From: Heteronotia binoei
Lineage: Eukaryota
Reading direction: 5' to 3'
DNA length: 64,000 nucleotides
Assembly (NCBI RefSeq): GCF_032191835.1
Contig: NC_083235.1
Span: forward strand, 18,166,001-18,230,000
Shown here: piece after piece, positions 59,306 to 64,000 of the stretch
How positions within the stretch are numbered: the stretch's first letter is position 1
How the letters are laid out: the number at the start of each line of letters is the position of its first letter
The notes under the pieces: model-generated
Seen by the model: only the letters and a program-made list of their open reading frames with translations
Told to the model about the DNA's origin: nothing
Database searches by the model: none
Translations under genes and position numbers: made by a program

Positions 59306-59517
59306 AAGGAAAACTTTCTCCAGTAGAACACGGCACTTGATCCCAAAAGATTCTACAAACCCTAATGATGTTACCAGCCGTGAAAACCTGAAATCTTTGA
59401 AACCTACATTGGTCACTCTAAATGAGGAATTTAGCCAGGAACATAAGAACATAAGAGAAGCCATGTTGGATCAGGCCAACTACAAATCCAGTCCAACACT
59501 CTGTATCACACAGTGGC

Positions 59518-62500
59518 TGTCAAGTCTGCTTTAATTCTGGTCAAGTCTGTACCCAAACTTTGGTTCAGAAGAGATGTATCCTGGGTAAAGTCATATTATA
59601 TTCCAATGCTGCTAGCTTGATCCTTCCTCACCCCCCTCCATTCCTTTGTTATGTAGTGTTGCTTTGAAATGGGAATATGGGAAAGAGATTACAGAGCCTT
59701 CTCAGGCAAGAGTGCCGGGGGAGTCGGAAGGCGGGTAGGCACTCAAGGCCACACCAGCCCTGAGAACGAAATGGTAACATCAATGTGTGAATGTGCCCTG
59801 CATAGAGAATCCCTCCCTCAAGAATCCCTTTGAAGTGTACCTTAAATGCAGACCTTACTGGATGCTATTCAGTCTTTCAATCTCTGCTGTAGTCGATAGT
59901 CATGATAACAATAAACTAGTAACTTTGTACCCACAAAGCCTCGTTATTGAATCAAGCCGACTTGACATTTTGAAAGACTCCCTTTTTGGAGTTCAACCTT
60001 TCCGGCAACTTGAAAAGCCCATGGCCGACCAGATTCCGGACAACGGAGAGCTCCCGACCGATGTGGAAGGGACAGAGACGCCGTGGCACGTCCTCGATGC
60101 CAGGCTGACCTCGGCGTCCCCTCCACAGTTCCAGTTGGTGGTAACCACCCAGCAGTACCAACCGCGGACCCCCACCACGTTAATGGAGCAGGCCCCGATC
60201 CGCCGGGAGGCGATCATGACCCGCCACACCAGGAGGGTTCATTTGGCCAAGGCTGAGGCTTCCAACCCAGGCACCAGTGAGCCGGGGTAAGGAGCCAGCA
60301 TCCTCGTCACCCAGAATTCGGAGGGCGACAATGGGAGTGCGGAGTGTGTGGCCGAGGGGGGAGAACTGAAGCTGAAAGACCCGCACGACGAGGATTACAA
60401 GATGTTCCGTTCGATGGTGCGCCAGGTGGTCGACGGAGCGATAAAGGGCCTGCGGGATGAGATGAAGACCCTGACAGCCCAGCTGGGGAGGGCGCTGGGG
60501 GTGACCGGGACCCGTCGACCACAACCGATGGCGACGGGGCCTCGAGGCCGCCCAAGCCAACCGGCCCAGGCGGCAGCCCCTGCCCGAGGCGCGACCCCCC
60601 AAGCCCCGGCAGCACCCCCTCCAGCTCCATTGGTGCCGCGCGATCCGGGAAGAGGGAGAGAGCTAGACACCACATTCGACGGGGACCAGGAAGAGGTGAA
60701 CTACTTCACGATCCAGGCAAACAGCTTCATGCATTACTGGGGGGACTCCTTCCCGGACAAATTCCGCAGGGTGGACTATCTGGGCTCGAAGCTGAGGGGG
60801 GCAGCCAAACGATGGTACGTGAGCCTGTGCGAAACCAACAGCCCCGACCTCAACTATGTGTACACGTTCGTGCAAGCCCTACTGACCCAGTACGAGGACC
60901 CCCTACAGGAAACCCGCGCGTTGGCGGCCCTGCACAACATGCAACAGGGGGCCCAATCCATCCGCGAGTACGCGGCAGACTTTCAGGCTAACGCGGCCCG
61001 GGTCCGCGGGTGGATCGAGGTGATGAAGATCGAGCACTTCACCAACGGGCTGAACGCCAGTATCCTGGATCGGGCCCTCACCCAGGCCAGCTCCGACACC
61101 TTGGTGGGGTGGATCCAACTGGCGGGCGAGGTGGAAACAAACCTGAAGAGGGTGGCTATGCTGCGCCAGAACCAGTCGGGCAAAGGGCAGCCAAAAACCA
61201 ACCCCGGGAAAACCAAGCCCCCCAAAGCCAAGAAGCCGGCAGCGGCCGTCCCGGTAGGACCTCGCCACTGCTTCAGGTTCGGGGACCCGAATCACCTCGC
61301 CACCAACTGCCCCCAGCCGCCGGCGGCAAGAGCCCCGCCGGCACCGACCAAACAAAGCACTCCCGGACCCAAGAAGACCCCTGGCCACCCTAAGGACGCG
61401 GCAAAGAGCAGCGCACTGATGGTCCAGGAGGAGCTGATGGAGGAGGAAGTACTGCTCTCGGCGGAGCTGGCCGACCTCGCCTGGGCGGACAAGCCGGCGG
61501 GAAACGAGCCCGGCCTGCTCTAAATGGTGCCAGCCAGCAGGTCAACCGGAAAGAGGCACCACTGATGGTGAGAGCGACGGGATGGTTGTACTTTGTAACG
61601 GTGAAACTCCTGAACCCTAAGCTGAGGAGGTTCCTACAAATACGGGCCCTTGTAGACTCGGGGTGTAATCGGGAACTGATCTCCCCCAAGGTGGTGGAGG
61701 CCCTAGGGCTGGAGCGCTCACAGTTACCCCACCCCATGCTATTTGAGCAGATGGACGAGTCGGTGATGGGGGGGGCCGTGCACACATGAAACGCAACCCT
61801 GCCCCATGGGGATCGAGGAGCACTGGGACCCAGAGATCTTCATCATTGCCCCTGCGTGCTCCTACCTGGTAGTGTTGGGGGTGGGGTGGTTGGAGAAGCA
61901 TGAACCCCTCATCCGCTGGTGAGCCCAGACCATTAGATTCCCCGACCCCCAGTGTGTGGGCCACTTGTGGAACTCGGCGTGGGGGCCGCGGGCACCCATC
62001 ACCAAGGAAAGGGCGTGCGTGGTTGTGGAGGAAGTGCACTCTGTCCCAAGCGCCTATCGTGACCTGATGGAGGTGTTTAGCGAGCGAGAGGCTAACCAAC
62101 TACCCCCCCCCCACCGAAGCACTGACTGCACCATAGAACTGATCCCGGGGGAGAGCTTGCCCCGAGCCAAACTCTACCAGATGGGGTGGGTGGAGAAGAA
62201 GGAGCTACGCAAATTCTTAGACCAGAACCTGGAGCGGGGCTTCATAAGGCCCGCTACGGCCCCCCACGCGGCCCCCGTGTTGTTCCGCAAGAAAAAGGAC
62301 GGCTCGCTTAGACTTTGCACTGATTTTCGCGGGATAAATGCGATTTCCATGTCCAACGCCTACCCCATCTCCCTCATCCGAGACTTATTAAACACGGTGT
62401 CGGGGGGGGGGGGAATCTTTACAAAGCTGGACTTAAGAGACGCGTACTTCCGAGTGCGCATCAAGGAGGGGGATGAGTGGAAAACGGCGTTCAACACCCC

Positions 62501-63422
62501 GATGGGCCAGTTTGAGTACCTGGTCATGCCGTTCGGACTACAGGGAGTGCCGGGGGTGTTTATGAATTTCATAAATGATGTGCTTAGAAAATTTTTGTAT
62601 AAGGGGGTGGTGGTGTACCTGGATGACATCATTATTTACTCCCCGGACGAGCAGTCCCATGTGAAATTGGTGAGTATCCTGTTGGAACACCAACTCTACG
62701 CCAAGCTATCCAAATGCGAGTTCCACCGCACGAACTAGACTACCTGGGGTTTCGAGTGTCCAGGGAAGGTTTAGCCATGGACCCTGCAAAGGTGCAAGCG
62801 GTATTGGAGTGGGCCCCCCCGAGAACACGTAGGCAGCTCCAATCTTTTCTCGGGTTCGCCAATTTCTACCGGAGGTTCATAGAGGGGTTCGCCCAAATCG
62901 CCCTGCCCCTGACAGAGTTGTTAAAAACCAAGGGGAAGGGGCTGGATGCCAAGCGGCCGGGAGCCCGGTTAAATTGGACCCCCCACTGCCAGGCCGCTTT
63001 CGACCAGCTCAAGCGCCTTTTCACTAGCGAGCCGGTCCTAAGCCACCCCGACGAGCAGAAAGCCTTTGTGGTGCAATGTGACGCCTCCAATGTAGCCGTA
63101 GGAGCCATTCTCATGCAGAAAGATGGGGAGGGGAAACTACAACCCTGTGCCTATATCTCCCGCAAGTTCTCGGACGAACAGCGCAATTGGTCCGTGTGGG
63201 ACAAGGAGGCGTTCACAGTCATGTTCGCTCTAAAGACTTGGCGGTCCTGGCTTGAGGGGGCGAAAGTGCCGTTCGAGGTGTAGACGGACCATAAGAACCT
63301 CGAGGCCCTCACGGGGAAAAGAAAATTGAGTGAGAAACAGATTCGGTGGGCGGGCTTAAGAAAAGCCATGTTAGATCAGGCCAATGGCCCATCCAGTCCA
63401 ACATTCTGTGTCACACAGCGGC

Positions 63423-63489
<67 letters not shown>

Positions 63490-64000
63490 TGTGGCTAATA
63501 GCCACTGATGGACCTCTGCTCCATATTTTTATCTAACCCCTTCTTGAAGGTGGCTATGCTTGTGGACACCACCACCTCCTGTGGCAGTGAATTCCACATG
63601 TTAATCACCCTTTGGGTGAAGAAGTACTTCCTTTTATCCGTTTTAACCTGTCTGCTCGGCGATTTCATCAAATGCCCACGAGTTCTCGTATTGTGAGAAA
63701 GGGAGAAAAGTACTTCTTTCTCTACTTTCTCCATCCCATGCATTATCTTGTAAACTTCTATCATGTCACCCCGCAGTCGACGTTTCTCCAAGCTAAAGAG
63801 CCCTAAGCGTTTCAACCTTTCTTCATAGGGAAGGTGTTCCAGCCCTTTAATCATTTTAGTTGCCCTTTTCTGAACTTTTCTGAACTTTCTCCAAGTTCTT
63901 CTCTAAGTTCGATTTCACCCTGAAACACATCCCGGGGACCCGAAACTTTCTGGCTGACGCTCTATCCCGGCTCCCGCAACACGAGAGCCAAAGGGAGAAG
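59518..64000 (+). mobile_element. Second chromovirus-family Gypsy element (decayed; runs off the window)
   Basis: LTR 59518-59967 with TGTCAAGTC/GACTTGACA termini; gag 60021-61523 (in-frame TAA at 60288); GGGAAAC slippery site 61499-61505; LVDSG and YLDD; RT protein highly similar to element 1; several stops and frameshifts. Confidence 0.93.
63358..63895 (-). mobile_element. CR1 3' fragment with internal (TA)n(CA)n inserted in the RNaseH region of chromovirus 2
   Basis: Splits the WAG|FFSKFDF codons; MIKGLEHLPYEERLKRLGLFSLEKRR ORF2 tail. Confidence 0.92.

Larger units (their letters stand above)
59041..59400. mobile_element. Penelope-like terminal repeat in inverted (fold-back) arrangement
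   Basis: 157-bp arms 59041-59197 and 59215-59371; right arm continues to CCAGCCGTGAAAACCTGAAATCTTTGA; hammerhead cores in both arms. Confidence 0.82.

Noticed and set aside
1-64000. Prokaryotic systems (CRISPR, phage integrase, defence islands) suggested by the tyrosine recombinase
   Set aside because: The context is a vertebrate OR cluster; the YR sits in a gag-RT-RNaseH retrotransposon, and no repeat-spacer arrays are present.

Overview
Vertebrate genomic DNA, almost certainly squamate and probably a gecko, judged from Sauria-type and other tRNA-derived SINEs, CR1, BovB and Penelope repeats. It is an olfactory receptor (OR) cluster with four intact single-exon OR CDSs (10870-11805, 15444-16376, 36637-37569, 54353-55309) and two OR remnants. 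Positions 1-18625 and 28467-39280 are two copies of a tandem segmental duplication that have since diverged. Transposons are dense. (i) A very young full-length chromovirus (Ty3/Gypsy with chromodomain, 2988-9047) and a second decayed one (59518-end); both show Tf1-type self-priming complementarity and a conserved -1 frameshift pseudoknot. (ii) A near-complete tyrosine-recombinase retrotransposon (Ngaro-like, ~21900-28016) encoding gag, RT/RNaseH, YR and an SGNH hydrolase. Its downstream ORFs lack usable ATGs, but YR and SGNH are preceded by phase-matched splice acceptors for one gag donor; this is the most interesting inference in the window. (iii) A nested CR1/L1/Mag-Gypsy tangle at 40-51 kb. 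(iv) An inverted Penelope-like terminal repeat carrying two minimal hammerhead ribozyme motifs at 59.0-59.4 kb. All coordinates were read by hand, family names come from recalled motifs, and no database searches were run.
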